This document shows positions 1 through 10,941 of a stretch of DNA of 64,000 nt, piece after piece (positions within the stretch are counted from its first letter, which is position 1; each line of letters starts with the position of its first letter). This DNA is from Acholeplasmataceae bacterium (GTDB lineage Bacteria; Bacillota_I; Bacilli_A; Acholeplasmatales; Acholeplasmataceae): NCBI GenBank assembly GCA_963675245.1, contig OY775910.1, positions 352,001 through 416,000 on the forward strand. Reading direction: 5' to 3'. A program made the translations under genes and the position numbers. Under the pieces are notes generated by a model. It did no database searches and was not told the origin of the DNA. It saw only the letters and a list, made by a program, of their open reading frames with translations.

Positions 1-455
1 GCCACTGGCCATCCAAAGATACTTGCGAGTAATATGACTGAAGCTAAGTCAACAAGTGGTGATGAAATCAAAAACGAAAACGTCACACCAACCGGTAATC
101 CTGCTCTCGTAAATCCAATAAAAATTGGGATAGATGAGCATGAACAAAATGGTGTAACCGTCCCTAACAATGCACCAATGATGTTGCCAGGAATCCCTTT
201 AAACTTTGTTAAGATCTGTTTTGTTCGTTCAGGTGTAAAGTATGTTTGAATATATGACGATATATAAATTAAAACTGATAGTAAGATAAAAATCTTAACA
301 ACATCATAAAAGAAAAATGATAGGCTCTTAAATAAATATGATGTTTCATCAATGTTAAATCCGTTAATAAGCAGCTTATTAACGAGCCACTCTAGCCATG
401 TCATCTTCAATAAGGCATCGTTTAACCATATGAAAATATCACTTATAATTTGCAT
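1..455 (-). CDS. Permease, ArsP/DUF318 family (3' end runs off the window)
   Basis: Not in the ORF track. My translation: MQIISDIFIWLNDALLKMTWLEW...GALLGTVTPFCSCSSIP...FLISSPLVD; TPFCSCS is typical of DUF318/ArsP permeases. Overlaps the arsR stop. Confidence 0.85.
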   Translation of the reverse strand, partial: MQIISDIFIWLNDALLKMTWLEWLVNKLLINGFNIDETSYLFKSLSFFFYDVVKIFILLSVLIYISSYIQTYFTPERTKQILTKFKGIPGNIIGALLGTVTPFCSCSSIPIFIGFTRAGLPVGVTFSFLISSPLVDLASVILLASIFGWPV

Positions 456-736
456 CCTCTATCCTCGGTTCTAAAATCTTTTAATGTTTGAAGAAATGCA
501 ATCATTTCATCTAGTTTATCTTTATCTATACGATATTTAATCCAATTGCCATCACGATGTGATGTTGCAATACCTGCTTTTTCAATTTGTTTTAAATGGT
601 ATGATAACGTTGGCTGAGAGATTGGCAATTTGTCAATCATCGTACAACTACATGATTCGCCTGCTATCAACAACTTAATAACATCTAATCTAACCGGATC
701 AGAAAAGACTTTAAAATATGCAGCAAACTTTTCCAT
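443..736 (-). CDS. ArsR/SmtB family metalloregulatory repressor
   Basis: FKVFSDPVRLDVI...ESCSC...ISQPTLSYHLKQI HTH; GGAGG RBS precedes ATG at 736. Confidence 0.9.
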   Translation of the reverse strand: MEKFAAYFKVFSDPVRLDVIKLLIAGESCSCTMIDKLPISQPTLSYHLKQIEKAGIATSHRDGNWIKYRIDKDKLDEMIAFLQTLKDFRTEDRGCKL

Positions 737-749
737 ATATCCTCCATCT

Positions 750-792
750 ATATAGATAAACATCTATATTTATATCTATCAATATTATAGCA
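750..792 (-). promoter_or_regulatory. arsR promoter (extended -10) and probable ArsR operator
   Basis: TGCTATAAT on the minus strand at 784-792; perfect inverted repeat ATATAGAT-AAAC-ATCTATAT at 750-769, between the -10 and the RBS. Confidence 0.6.
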
Positions 793-860
793 CGACGCAA
801 TACATAAAAAAAGATTTTTTGTCTATTATAATAAAAAAAACCTATAATCAACAGGTTTTT

Positions 861-2126
861 TTAAGATTTCCAAGTACTCTTTTGTAATTTTTCATAATTA
901 TCAATCGATTGAATAAGCTTCACCGCAGGATCAAACCCACGATTTGCAGCTTGTTGCCAAAGCTCTCTAGCCTTTTGTTCATCTTTTTCAACGAGTCTAC
1001 CTTCATAATAAATCATTCCTAGATTATAAAGTGCATTAGGCATACCATTATTAGCTGCTTTTTCATACCAATATATAGATTGCTCTACATTGATTTCAAC
1101 ACCATCACCCTTTTGATACATCACCGCTAAATTATATGCCGCATTCGGATGGTCTTGCTTTGCTGCTTTTGTTAATAATTCATGGATGGTGTTCCAATCT
1201 TTATCATCTAATTTAATCAAAATCATCGCTAAATGATAAAGTGCATCGCGATCATCTTTAACTGCTGCTTTCTCATACCATTTGATCGCTTCTGAAATAT
1301 TTTGTTCCACACCTTTTCCGTTTTGATAATATAAACCAACGTAATAAGCCGCTTCCGTGTGTCCTTGTTTCGCTGCTACCATAAACCATTCAAATGCTTT
1401 TGACGGGTGCTTAGGATCTTTCTCATCCAACACTTTAGCTAATGTATAAGCAGCTAGTGCATATTGTTGGCTTGCTGCACGTTCTAGATAGAATTCTGCT
1501 TGTTTATACTGCTCGAGTTCAATCGCCCAGATACCTAATGCGTAAAGTGCATATGGATGATCTTGTTTGGCAGCTTGTTCATAATAAATGCGTGCTTGCT
1601 CTTGCGAATTGCTTGTACCTTCTCCAATTGTTTCATAAATCATACCAAGCATATATTGTGAATCACTATATCCTAGTTCAGCAGCTTTTTTAAACCAATC
1701 TATGGCTGTAAAAATATACCGTTGAACATAAAAACCATAATAATAATATGTGCCAAGTATATGCGTTGAAACAGGATCTCCCATTTCAGCTTCTAATTTA
1801 ATAAATTGATAACTTTGATGGAATAGTTCTTTTGACTTTTCATCATTTCTAATGGCACCATGACCTGTGTGATAAGCAAGTCCCATCGCGTAACCACATT
1901 TATAAGAGCCTAGATTATGTCCTTTAATATAATATGACCAAGCTTTATCTTGATCAAGAGAAACGCCATCACCTAATCCATAAAAGCGACCTAAAAAATA
2001 ATAAGCGTCTGGGAAATCTTGTTCCGCAGCTTTTTCAAAATGTTGTATTGCTAATAAGGTGTTTTTTTTAGGTGTGTTTAACGTGTAATATGTTAATGCT
2101 GTTTCGTAATGTTTTTGTCCGTTCAT
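861..2126 (-). CDS. Sel1-like repeat (SLR/TPR) protein
   Basis: About 10 repeats of the type A.Y.LG..Y..G.GV..D...A..WY.KAA; no obvious signal peptide. Confidence 0.9.
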   Translation of the reverse strand: MNGQKHYETALTYYTLNTPKKNTLLAIQHFEKAAEQDFPDAYYFLGRFYGLGDGVSLDQDKAWSYYIKGHNLGSYKCGYAMGLAYHTGHGAIRNDEKSKELFHQSYQFIKLEAEMGDPVSTHILGTYYYYGFYVQRYIFTAIDWFKKAAELGYSDSQYMLGMIYETIGEGTSNSQEQARIYYEQAAKQDHPYALYALGIWAIELEQYKQAEFYLERAASQQYALAAYTLAKVLDEKDPKHPSKAFEWFMVAAKQGHTEAAYYVGLYYQNGKGVEQNISEAIKWYEKAAVKDDRDALYHLAMILIKLDDKDWNTIHELLTKAAKQDHPNAAYNLAVMYQKGDGVEINVEQSIYWYEKAANNGMPNALYNLGMIYYEGRLVEKDEQKARELWQQAANRGFDPAVKLIQSIDNYEKLQKSTWKS

Positions 2127-2194
2127 TCATTCATCAACTCCATATTTATGATAACATATTAGCACATTTTTTTCTCTTTGAGCGCATATAAAAC

Positions 2195-2216
2195 AAAAAG
2201 ACCCGAAGGTCTTTTT
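2195..2216. terminator. Intrinsic terminator
   Basis: AAAAAGACC-CGAA-GGTCTTTTT. Confidence 0.75.
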
Positions 2217-2220
2217 CATA

Positions 2221-2649
2221 TTAAATATCTGCAAATATACGATCAACTTGATGTTCATCACCAAATGAAAATTTATATTTATTATATGTCTTTTCATCAG
2301 GTGGAAATAATTGTAGTTCTATCAGCTTATGAATGATGTTAAACATCTCTGACATCACAATATCAATGTTTCTATTATTGATCGGAGATTGTATGCAAAT
2401 CGTGTCGTTTTTGACATCCAAACTTACAATCTTTAATATCATCTTTTTATAAAAAACTGAGTTGAAAATGCGTTGTTGCTCCAACAAACTAATCCCACGG
2501 TTCACCATAAAAATAATACACGGTTTCTTATGAAAACCTTGTTTATCTTTTTTGGAAATAAATTGCACGCGATAGCCGTCTATGGTTTTTTCATATAAGC
2601 CATCTCTAATATGCATGTTTAATAAGATTGCTTGATCTTTAAATCTCAT
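2221..2649 (-). CDS. Hypothetical protein
   Basis: ORF with GAGGTGGGGG RBS before MRFKDQ; own terminator downstream; no recognisable motif. Confidence 0.6.
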   Translation of the reverse strand: MRFKDQAILLNMHIRDGLYEKTIDGYRVQFISKKDKQGFHKKPCIIFMVNRGISLLEQQRIFNSVFYKKMILKIVSLDVKNDTICIQSPINNRNIDIVMSEMFNIIHKLIELQLFPPDEKTYNKYKFSFGDEHQVDRIFADI

Positions 2650-2721
2650 TGTCCCCCACCTCATAATGCCTTTACATATATTATACAATGAACATGTAAA
2701 AACGAGAAGAAAAACACCGTT

Positions 2722-3336
2722 TCATAAGATATCATGCAGTATATCAAGATAAATTGCATAACCTTTATCATTCAGATGAATGCCATCTGTCGTGAATTGT
2801 GGGTCAAGTTCATGATGATCATCGAGTAGTGGATGATATAAATCGATATAGTTAATGCCTTCAATTTTCTTTAATAGTTGATTTACATCAATCGAAAATT
2901 GTGGGTCTCGATCAATGACATATGTTCCATGTGGAAAATACGTCTGATTAATAGGTGTTAAACTGATCAAGTTGATGCTCACATGTCCTAAATTACGTTT
3001 CAAGGTAGACACAATTTCACTCATATGCTGCGCAGTTTTTTGAGCCGTATGCGTTAATAACACTTCATCGTTTAGTCCTACATGAAGTAAAACTTGTTTT
3101 GGTTTTAATCTCATTACTTGATCAAGTCGATCCATCACACCATTTGTCGTATCACCTGGGATGCCAAAATTGACAATTTTATCTTCTAGATCATATGTTT
3201 TTAAAGGAAAATACGCGACAAGTGAATCCCCAACAAATATGATATCTTTAGGTGATTCTAATGCTGAAAATCTTCTAACATGACGTTGATAATCCGCTTT
3301 AATAATCGCTTTCAGGGTGGTTAAATCCCTTTTCAT
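2722..3336 (-). CDS. SGNH/GDSL hydrolase (lipase/esterase)
   Basis: [19 protein letters not shown] and DGIH blocks; ATGA overlap with uvrB. Confidence 0.9.
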   Translation of the reverse strand: MKRDLTTLKAIIKADYQRHVRRFSALESPKDIIFVGDSLVAYFPLKTYDLEDKIVNFGIPGDTTNGVMDRLDQVMRLKPKQVLLHVGLNDEVLLTHTAQKTAQHMSEIVSTLKRNLGHVSINLISLTPINQTYFPHGTYVIDRDPQFSIDVNQLLKKIEGINYIDLYHPLLDDHHELDPQFTTDGIHLNDKGYAIYLDILHDIL

Positions 3337-5291
3337 TTCATATCCGCCTTCAATTCAAAAATTAAGTCTCTAAGTTCGGCAGCACGTTCGAAATCAAGTC
3401 GTTTAGCTGCTTCACCCATCTCATGTTCAAATTCTTCAATGATTCTTTGACGATCTTTATTGTCAAGTTTCCTATATGTTGTTTCTTCTTCAATGACTTC
3501 AGATTTCATACTGATTTGATCTCTGATGTCTTTCGTCACAGTAACCGGTATAACGTTGTTTTCTTCATTGAATGTAAGCTGTTTTTGACGTCTTCGATTG
3601 GTTTCATCAATTGCGTATTGCATGGCTGATGAGATACTATCAGCATACATAATCACTTGACCATGCACGTTTCTCGCTGCGCGACCTATCGTTTGGACCA
3701 AACTTCTTTCGCTTCTTAAGAACCCTTGTTTATCGGCATCTAGAATCGCGACTAAAGAGACTTCTGGTAAATCTAAACCTTCTCTTAATAGATTAATCCC
3801 AATTAAACAATCATATTTACCTAGTCTTAAATCTCTTAAAATCGTAATACGCTCTAATGATTTAATTTCACTGTGAAGATAAGCTACTTTTAACCCTAAC
3901 TTCTTAAAATAACCCGTTAACTCTTCACTCATGCGAATCGTTAAGGTTGTGACTAAGACACGTTCGTTATTTTCTGCTCTTTTCTTGATTTCAAAGTATA
4001 AGTCATCCATTTGACCGTTTGATGGTCTGATTTCAATTTCCGGATCCAGTAAGAACGTTGGTCTAATAATCTGCTCAACGACAGGAATATGTTTATTCAT
4101 TTCATAATCGCCAGGAGTTGCAGATAAATAAATGACTTTATCTAATTTTTCTTCAAATTCGTCAAATTGTAATGGACGATTGTCTAAAGCTGAAGGCAAT
4201 CTAAAACCGTGATCAACTAATGTTTGTTTTCTTGATCTATCACCCCGATACATACCTCTAACTTGTGGTATCGTTACATGTGATTCATCAATGATCATTA
4301 AGAAATCTTTACCAAAAAAGTCAATAAGGGTTGCTGGTGTTTCTCCCGCTTCTCTTAATGATAAGTGTCTTGAATAGTTTTCAATACCTGATACAATGCC
4401 GATTTCTTCTAGCATTTCAATGTCGTATTTTGTACGTTGTTCAATACGCTGTGCTTCTAATAATAAATCATTAGACTTGAAATAAGCGATTTGTTCAGCT
4501 AATTCATTTTTAATACGTCTAATCGATTCATGAAGTTTATCCTTATCTGTAACGAAATGCGTCGCAGGAAATATGGATATATAATCTAAATCTTGCAGTG
4601 CTTTTCCACTGACAACATCAAATGTTCTAATTGTTTCAATCTCATCACCAAAAAAAGATACTCTCACACCATGGGCATGTTCATAAGAGGGAATAATTTC
4701 CACAGAATCACCACGCACTCTAAACGTCCCACGGTGAAAATCAATATCGTTTCTTTCAAATGTCAATTCAACGAGTTTATTGATGAGATTATCTCTACCA
4801 TAAGCTTCATCTCTTTTGATAAAAAGCATCGCGTCTTGATAAGTTTCAGGATCCCCTATCCCATAGATACACGAAACAGACGCGACAACAATCACGTCTT
4901 CTGCTCCCAGCAATGCTGCTGTCGCGCTATGTCTCATTTCATCAATTTCATCATTGATGGATGAATCTTTTTCTATATATGTATCAGACTTTACAACATA
5001 AGCTTCTGGCTGATAATAATCGTAATAAGAAATAAAATATTCAACGCGGTTATTCGGAAAGAATGACTTTAACTCACCATATAATTGACCCGCTAACGTC
5101 TTATTAGGTGCTAAAATTAATGTTTTCTTTTGAATACTTTGGATAATATTAGCAATCGTAAATGTTTTACCTGTACCTGTCGCACCTAATAACACTTGTT
5201 CACGTTTGCCCTCAATAAAATGATTCTTTAATGTCTCAATCGCTTTTATTTGGTCACCTTTAGGTGTATAGGGAGATTTTAAATCAAACAT
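3333..5291 (-). CDS. uvrB: Excinuclease ABC subunit B
   Basis: [21 protein letters not shown] beta-hairpin, DESH, C-terminal UVR motif FERAAELRD. Confidence 0.98.
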   Translation of the reverse strand: MFDLKSPYTPKGDQIKAIETLKNHFIEGKREQVLLGATGTGKTFTIANIIQSIQKKTLILAPNKTLAGQLYGELKSFFPNNRVEYFISYYDYYQPEAYVVKSDTYIEKDSSINDEIDEMRHSATAALLGAEDVIVVASVSCIYGIGDPETYQDAMLFIKRDEAYGRDNLINKLVELTFERNDIDFHRGTFRVRGDSVEIIPSYEHAHGVRVSFFGDEIETIRTFDVVSGKALQDLDYISIFPATHFVTDKDKLHESIRRIKNELAEQIAYFKSNDLLLEAQRIEQRTKYDIEMLEEIGIVSGIENYSRHLSLREAGETPATLIDFFGKDFLMIIDESHVTIPQVRGMYRGDRSRKQTLVDHGFRLPSALDNRPLQFDEFEEKLDKVIYLSATPGDYEMNKHIPVVEQIIRPTFLLDPEIEIRPSNGQMDDLYFEIKKRAENNERVLVTTLTIRMSEELTGYFKKLGLKVAYLHSEIKSLERITILRDLRLGKYDCLIGINLLREGLDLPEVSLVAILDADKQGFLRSERSLVQTIGRAARNVHGQVIMYADSISSAMQYAIDETNRRRQKQLTFNEENNVIPVTVTKDIRDQISMKSEVIEEETTYRKLDNKDRQRIIEEFEHEMGEAAKRLDFERAAELRDLIFELKADMK

Positions 5292-5300
5292 GTTGACCTC

Positions 5301-7007
5301 CTAGGTGTCGCGATCGGTCTCCTTAGACTTTGGCATCGCTTCTGTTTGTGGAATATAAAGTGGCTCAATCACTGATTGAGCAATATTCAACAAATGGTCT
5401 GCCATACGTTCGATATTCGATAAAATATCGACGAAGTTTTCAGCTAATGAGAACGTCACTTGTCCAGCTTTCAAGCGTTCAATATGACGATAACGATATA
5501 TTTCTTCATATTTATCAACAACGTCTTCATTGTGAACGACACGATAAGCTATTTCTGGATCATTCTTTTCAAAACTAAATAATGTATCATTAATCATTTC
5601 TTCGATCACATTAAATAAATTTTCTAGCTCTTCTTTTCCTTCGTCACTTAAAGATTGTCCCTCTTTATAACGATCTTGGAAGAAATCAAGAATATTTGTT
5701 AAGTGATCACCGACACGTTCAAAGTCTTTGATTGTGTCAAGGTCTCTTGAAAGTTTTTTAGAGTCATTCGCTTCTAAACCGCTTTGTGCAATTTTAATTA
5801 AATAGTCATGTAATCTGATATCATATTGATCAATCAATTCTTCATGTTCATAGCCTTCACGAACAAGATCTGCTTGGTCCTTAGTGGCATAACTTCTAAC
5901 AATATGGAAATAGTCTTTAACGACTGATCCCATATACAGTATACCTTTTTTAACAAATTCAAGGGCGAGATTTGGTGATTGATAGATGATTTTTTCATCG
6001 AAAATATCTTCCGGTATCGCATTTTTCTTTTTATCCTTAACAACAATTTTCGATAACCATATCATTTGCTTAATGAACCAATACATCACAAACGTCATAG
6101 CGATATTTTGGAAAGCATGTGCAAACGCAATCGTATACATCGAATATGGTGTTAAGAATCGATCTTCAAACCATTGAATCATCGCTTCATAAGGAATAAG
6201 AATAATTAAGAATACAACAGCACTTATAATATTGAATAATATATGAATAAACGATGCTCGTTTACTTTCTGTATTACCACCAATAGAGGCTAAGAATGCA
6301 GTAATCGTGGTCCCGATATTTGCACCAAGTAAAATAGGTACTGCGCCTTGTAATGTGATTGATGCAACCCCGCTTGCATTAATATTATATAGTGTTTCTA
6401 AAATACCAATCGCTGCTGAAGACGATTGGATGATCATCGTAAAGACAGTTCCGAATGTGGTACCTAAAAACCAATTTCTTGAGAACGTTTCAAACATGCC
6501 TTCTGCGACATTTGTTTGAGAAAATGTTTTTAATTCAGCTCCCATGATTTGTAATCCATAAAATAACATACCAAGGCCTAAAATGACACCACCGATTTGT
6601 TTAATTTTACGCTTACTAACAAATTGCATAACGACACCAACAGCAATAAAATATAATCCCCATTTAGCAATTGGTAATGCGATAATGAACGCCGTAACCG
6701 TCGTTCCAATATTCGCACCCATAATGACACCTACACTTTGAGGTAATGTCATTAATCCTGCTCGTAATAAGCCAATCATTAACGCCGTCGTTCCTGAAGA
6801 TGATTGTATTAGTGCAGTCATCAACACGCCCACTAAAATACCCTTTAATGGTGTGTTTGTTGTTTTTTCAATAACAAGTTTCAAGCGACTTCCTGCGACA
6901 GATTTTAAGGATTCACTCATAAGATTAATACCAAAAAGAAATAAAGCGAGACCCCCAAAAATGTACATTAGCTGATCAGCGAATGTTGAAGCGGCTAATA
7001 TGGTCAT
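5301..7007 (-). CDS. Na+/phosphate cotransporter with C-terminal PhoU-like domain
   Basis: Two QSSS...GANIGTT repeats; ERVGDH/ERMADH PhoU-type motifs. Confidence 0.93.
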   Translation of the reverse strand: MTILAASTFADQLMYIFGGLALFLFGINLMSESLKSVAGSRLKLVIEKTTNTPLKGILVGVLMTALIQSSSGTTALMIGLLRAGLMTLPQSVGVIMGANIGTTVTAFIIALPIAKWGLYFIAVGVVMQFVSKRKIKQIGGVILGLGMLFYGLQIMGAELKTFSQTNVAEGMFETFSRNWFLGTTFGTVFTMIIQSSSAAIGILETLYNINASGVASITLQGAVPILLGANIGTTITAFLASIGGNTESKRASFIHILFNIISAVVFLIILIPYEAMIQWFEDRFLTPYSMYTIAFAHAFQNIAMTFVMYWFIKQMIWLSKIVVKDKKKNAIPEDIFDEKIIYQSPNLALEFVKKGILYMGSVVKDYFHIVRSYATKDQADLVREGYEHEELIDQYDIRLHDYLIKIAQSGLEANDSKKLSRDLDTIKDFERVGDHLTNILDFFQDRYKEGQSLSDEGKEELENLFNVIEEMINDTLFSFEKNDPEIAYRVVHNEDVVDKYEEIYRYRHIERLKAGQVTFSLAENFVDILSNIERMADHLLNIAQSVIEPLYIPQTEAMPKSKETDRDT

Positions 7008-7107
7008 AACAATCCTCCTAAAAACGTACTAACTCAATTTTACCTTAAAAGACTCTCAATTTAAACCTTTTGTGTAAATATTTTTTGCATTGTTTGTTTT
7101 TATAAAA

Positions 7108-7142
7108 ACAAAAAAAGAGTTCCGCTTTGGACGGAACCCTTT
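7108..7142 (-). terminator. ppdK terminator
   Basis: RNA AGGGUUCCG-loop-CGGAACUCU followed by a U-tract. Confidence 0.7.
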
Positions 7143-7152
7143 ACTGTACGAT

Positions 7153-9777
7153 TTAGCGAGGATTTTTGATGTTTGCGTGAGCCGCAGCAAGTCTCGCAAT
7201 TGGTACTCTAAATGGTGAACATGAGACATATGTTAAACCGATATTGTGACAGAATTCAACTGATTCTGGGTCACCACCGTGTTCACCACAAATACCAAGT
7301 TTAATATTTGGTCTTGTTTCTTTACCTAACTTAGATGCCATCTTCATGAGTTTACCAACACCTGCTTGGTCAACATGTGCAAATGGATCATTGACGAAGA
7401 TTTTCTTTTCATAATAATCGCTTAAGAATTTACCAGCATCATCACGACTGAATCCAAATGTCATTTGTGTTAAATCGTTTGTACCAAAGCTGAAGAATTC
7501 AGCTTCTTTTGCAATTTCATCAGCGAGTAATGCAGCTCTTGGAATTTCAATCATTGTACCAACATGATATTCTAATGAAATGCCTGATTCTTTAATAATC
7601 GCATCTGCCACTTTAACAACGACATCTTTGACGAATTTAAGTTCTCTGACTTCACCAACAAGAGGAATCATGATTTCAGGTACAACTTTTAAGCCTTCTT
7701 TAGTAACAGCGATGGCTGCTTCAATCACGGCACGTGTTTGCATTTCTGCAATTTCAGGATAAGTGATGCTTAAGCGAACACCACGGTGTCCTAACATTGG
7801 ATTACTTTCATGTAATTCAATAATCGTATTTGTAAGTTCACTGACAGGGATTCCCATATCAACAGCTAAATGTTGGATATCTTTAGGATCAGTTGGCAGG
7901 AATTCATGTAGTGGTGGGTCTAAGTAACGAATGGTAACAGGGAAGCCTCTCATTGCCTTATAAAGACCAATAAAGTCTTCTCTTTGCATAGGTAGAATCT
8001 TCTCTAAAGCTTTTTTACGTTCGTCTTTATTCTTAGCAGCAATCATTTCTCTTACTGCAGAAATTCTGCCTTCTTCAAAGAACATATGTTCTGTACGGCA
8101 TAAACCAATACCATGTGCACCAAAGTCATAAGCTACTTTTGCATCATGTGGGTTATCAGCATTTGCTCTAACATCTAATGAACGATATTTATCAGCCCAA
8201 GCCATTAATGTTTCAAAATCACCAGAAACAGTTGCATCCATAGTTTCAACTTTTTGGCCATAAACCTTACCAGTTGAGCCATCTAATGAAATCCAGTCGC
8301 CTTCTTTAAAAGATTCGCCACCGACTTCAAATACTTTTTCTTCTTCATTAACATGGACTTGACCAGCACCAGCAACACAGCATGTACCCATACCACGCGC
8401 AACGACTGCTGCGTGTGATGTCATACCACCACGAGCTGTTAAAATACCAGAAGCAACTGCCATACCTTCTATATCTTCAGGTGATGTTTCTTCACGAACT
8501 AAGATAACAGGTAAGCCATCAGCTTCATGTAATTCTTTCGCACGATCAGCAGTGAAGACGACACGTCCAGTAGCAGCACCAGGAGATGCATTAAGACCTG
8601 TTGTAATGACTCTAGCTGATTTTAATGCTTTTGGTTCGAACTGTGGATGTAAAAGAGAATCCAATTGTTTTGGCTCTACTTTTAATACAGCTTCTTTTTC
8701 TGATAAAACGCCTTCTTTTACAAGATCAATCGCGATCTTTAAAGCAGCTTGTGCTGTACGTTTACCATTTCTTGTTTGTAACATGAAAAGTTTTCCACGT
8801 TCAATCGTGAATTCCATATCTTGCATGTCACGATAATGTTCTTCTAGTTTTTCAGCAACTTTAACGAAATCTTTGTAAAGTTGTGGATTATCTTTTTGTA
8901 ATTCTGCAATTGGTTTAGGTGTACGAATACCTGCAACAACATCTTCACCTTGTGCATTAAATAAGTATTCACCATATAATACTTTTTCGCCAGTAGATGG
9001 GTTACGTGTAAAGGCAACACCTGTACCAGAATCATCACCCATATTGCCGAAGACCATACTTTGTACGTTTACTGCTGTACCCCATTCATATGGAATACCT
9101 TGTAAACGACGATATGTATTCGCACGTGGGTTGTCCCATGAACGGAATACAGCTGTAATCGCTTCAATTAATTGCACACGTGGATCTTGTGGGAATGGTT
9201 CTCCTTTAAGTTCTAAATACTTTTCTTTGTATTCTGCAACTAATCTTCCCATATCGTCTGCGTCTAATTCTGTATCTTGTTCAACGCCTTTTGCTTGTTT
9301 CATGTTGTGTAAGAGTTTTTCATAATTATCTTTTGAAATTCCCATAACAACATCAGAAAACATTTGAATAAAACGACGATAAGAGTCATAAGCGAAACGT
9401 GGATTATTCGTGAGTTTTGCTAACCCTAAAACAGCTTCGTCATTCAAGCCTAAGTTTAAGATGGTATCCATCATACCTGGCATTGATGCACGTGCACCAG
9501 AGCGAACAGATACTAAGAATGGATCCGCAGGATCACCAAACGTTTTGCCAACCACCTTTTCAGTGACTTTTAACGCTTCATTAATTTGTTTAATGATGTC
9601 CTCTGAAATGACTTTACCTTTATCGTAGTAGTCATTACATGCTTCTGTTGTTACTGTGAAACCTTGTGGTACTGGTAAACCAAGCGATGTCATTTCAGCT
9701 AAGTTTGCACCTTTACCACCGAGAAGATTCCGCATACTTGCGTCGCCTTCTTTAAACAAGTAAACATACTTTTTCAT
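7153..9777 (-). CDS. ppdK: Pyruvate, phosphate dikinase
   Basis: LLGGKGANLAEM, RGGMTSHAAVVARG phospho-His motif, GICGEHGG; start placed at MKKYVYLF. Confidence 0.97.
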   Translation of the reverse strand: MKKYVYLFKEGDASMRNLLGGKGANLAEMTSLGLPVPQGFTVTTEACNDYYDKGKVISEDIIKQINEALKVTEKVVGKTFGDPADPFLVSVRSGARASMPGMMDTILNLGLNDEAVLGLAKLTNNPRFAYDSYRRFIQMFSDVVMGISKDNYEKLLHNMKQAKGVEQDTELDADDMGRLVAEYKEKYLELKGEPFPQDPRVQLIEAITAVFRSWDNPRANTYRRLQGIPYEWGTAVNVQSMVFGNMGDDSGTGVAFTRNPSTGEKVLYGEYLFNAQGEDVVAGIRTPKPIAELQKDNPQLYKDFVKVAEKLEEHYRDMQDMEFTIERGKLFMLQTRNGKRTAQAALKIAIDLVKEGVLSEKEAVLKVEPKQLDSLLHPQFEPKALKSARVITTGLNASPGAATGRVVFTADRAKELHEADGLPVILVREETSPEDIEGMAVASGILTARGGMTSHAAVVARGMGTCCVAGAGQVHVNEEEKVFEVGGESFKEGDWISLDGSTGKVYGQKVETMDATVSGDFETLMAWADKYRSLDVRANADNPHDAKVAYDFGAHGIGLCRTEHMFFEEGRISAVREMIAAKNKDERKKALEKILPMQREDFIGLYKAMRGFPVTIRYLDPPLHEFLPTDPKDIQHLAVDMGIPVSELTNTIIELHESNPMLGHRGVRLSITYPEIAEMQTRAVIEAAIAVTKEGLKVVPEIMIPLVGEVRELKFVKDVVVKVADAIIKESGISLEYHVGTMIEIPRAALLADEIAKEAEFFSFGTNDLTQMTFGFSRDDAGKFLSDYYEKKIFVNDPFAHVDQAGVGKLMKMASKLGKETRPNIKLGICGEHGGDPESVEFCHNIGLTYVSCSPFRVPIARLAAAHANIKNPR

Positions 9778-9817
9778 TTTGTATTTTCCTTCCCTTGAAA
9801 TGTTTATTTTATAAGTA

Positions 9818-10768
9818 TTATGATACCTTTTTAACCAAACCGTATAATTGACTCTTTGGGCGTAATTGATCGACAATGTTCGCAAACGGTAAGTAAACCA
9901 TGCGATTATCTCTCACACCGACACATACACCATAAATGCCATCATTTAAGAGTTCAATGGCATATTCACCCATTCTAGATGCTAGAATTCTATCATCTGG
10001 ACACGGTGAACCACCTCTTTGAATATAACCAAGAACCGTTGCTCTTGAACTAAAACCTGAAAGTGTAGAAATTTCTTTTGCTAATGCATGAACATCAAGT
10101 ATCTTTTCAGTGACAACGATAATTGCATGTCTTCTACCTTCATCTTTATAATGTTTAATGGTCTTAATCATTGTATCTTTATCAACAGGATTTTCAGGTG
10201 TGACGATAAATTCTGCACCACCGCATATACCAGCATGTACCGCTAAATCACCACAACGTCTTCCCATAACTTCAATAATTGAAACACGTTGATGAGAACT
10301 TGATGTGTCTCTTAATTTATCAATCGCGTCAACAATCGTTTCAACTGCTGTCGCGAAACCAATCGTATAATCAGTACCAGAAATATCGTTATCAATGGTT
10401 CCAGGTAAACCAATTGTTTTTACACCTAATTTAGAAAGTGCCATCGCACCACGATAAGTACCATCTCCACCGATTGTGATTAACGCTTCAATACCTCTGT
10501 CTTTTAGATTTTTAGCTGCTATTTTCCGTGTTGCCAATTCGTGAAATTCAGGTAATCTAGTTGTTCCTAAAAATGTACCACCTCTTGATAACATACCCGA
10601 TACACGCTTATGATCAAGAAGTTCCATGTCGTTTTCAACAAGTCCTCTATAGCCATCTCTAATGCCATATACTTCGTGTCCATAGAATTCACCAGCACGT
10701 ACAACCGCACGAACTGCAGCATTCATTCCAGGAGCATCTCCACCAGATGTCAAAACACCAATTTTCAT
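9818..10768 (-). CDS. pfkA: ATP-dependent 6-phosphofructokinase
   Basis: TSGGDAPGMN, GGDGT, PGTIDND (Gly/Gly ATP-type signature), EVMGR. Confidence 0.95.
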   Translation of the reverse strand: MKIGVLTSGGDAPGMNAAVRAVVRAGEFYGHEVYGIRDGYRGLVENDMELLDHKRVSGMLSRGGTFLGTTRLPEFHELATRKIAAKNLKDRGIEALITIGGDGTYRGAMALSKLGVKTIGLPGTIDNDISGTDYTIGFATAVETIVDAIDKLRDTSSSHQRVSIIEVMGRRCGDLAVHAGICGGAEFIVTPENPVDKDTMIKTIKHYKDEGRRHAIIVVTEKILDVHALAKEISTLSGFSSRATVLGYIQRGGSPCPDDRILASRMGEYAIELLNDGIYGVCVGVRDNRMVYLPFANIVDQLRPKSQLYGLVKKVS

Positions 10769-10941
10769 GTCTACAACCCCTTTCTAAACAAAAATCCATA
10801 CATCATGCTTATTATATCATATATATGATATATTTTGAATGTCAATTCAGCAAAAAATGAGTCGTTAAGAAACCGATTTCAACAAACATATCATCATTTT
10901 TATGTTACAATAAAAGAAAAACAGAAAATGGTGATTTAACA

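Noticed and set aside
34..249. Short antisense and alternate-frame ORFs (this one and the many 60-120 aa ORFs inside larger genes)
   Set aside because: They are shadows of well-supported genes on the opposite strand or frame, with no motifs or RBS.
9778..9885. N-terminal extensions in the ORF track (ppdK; likewise atpD, chorismate mutase, padR, mscL, cca)
   Set aside because: They overlap upstream genes or promoters; downstream starts have RBSs and match family N-termini.
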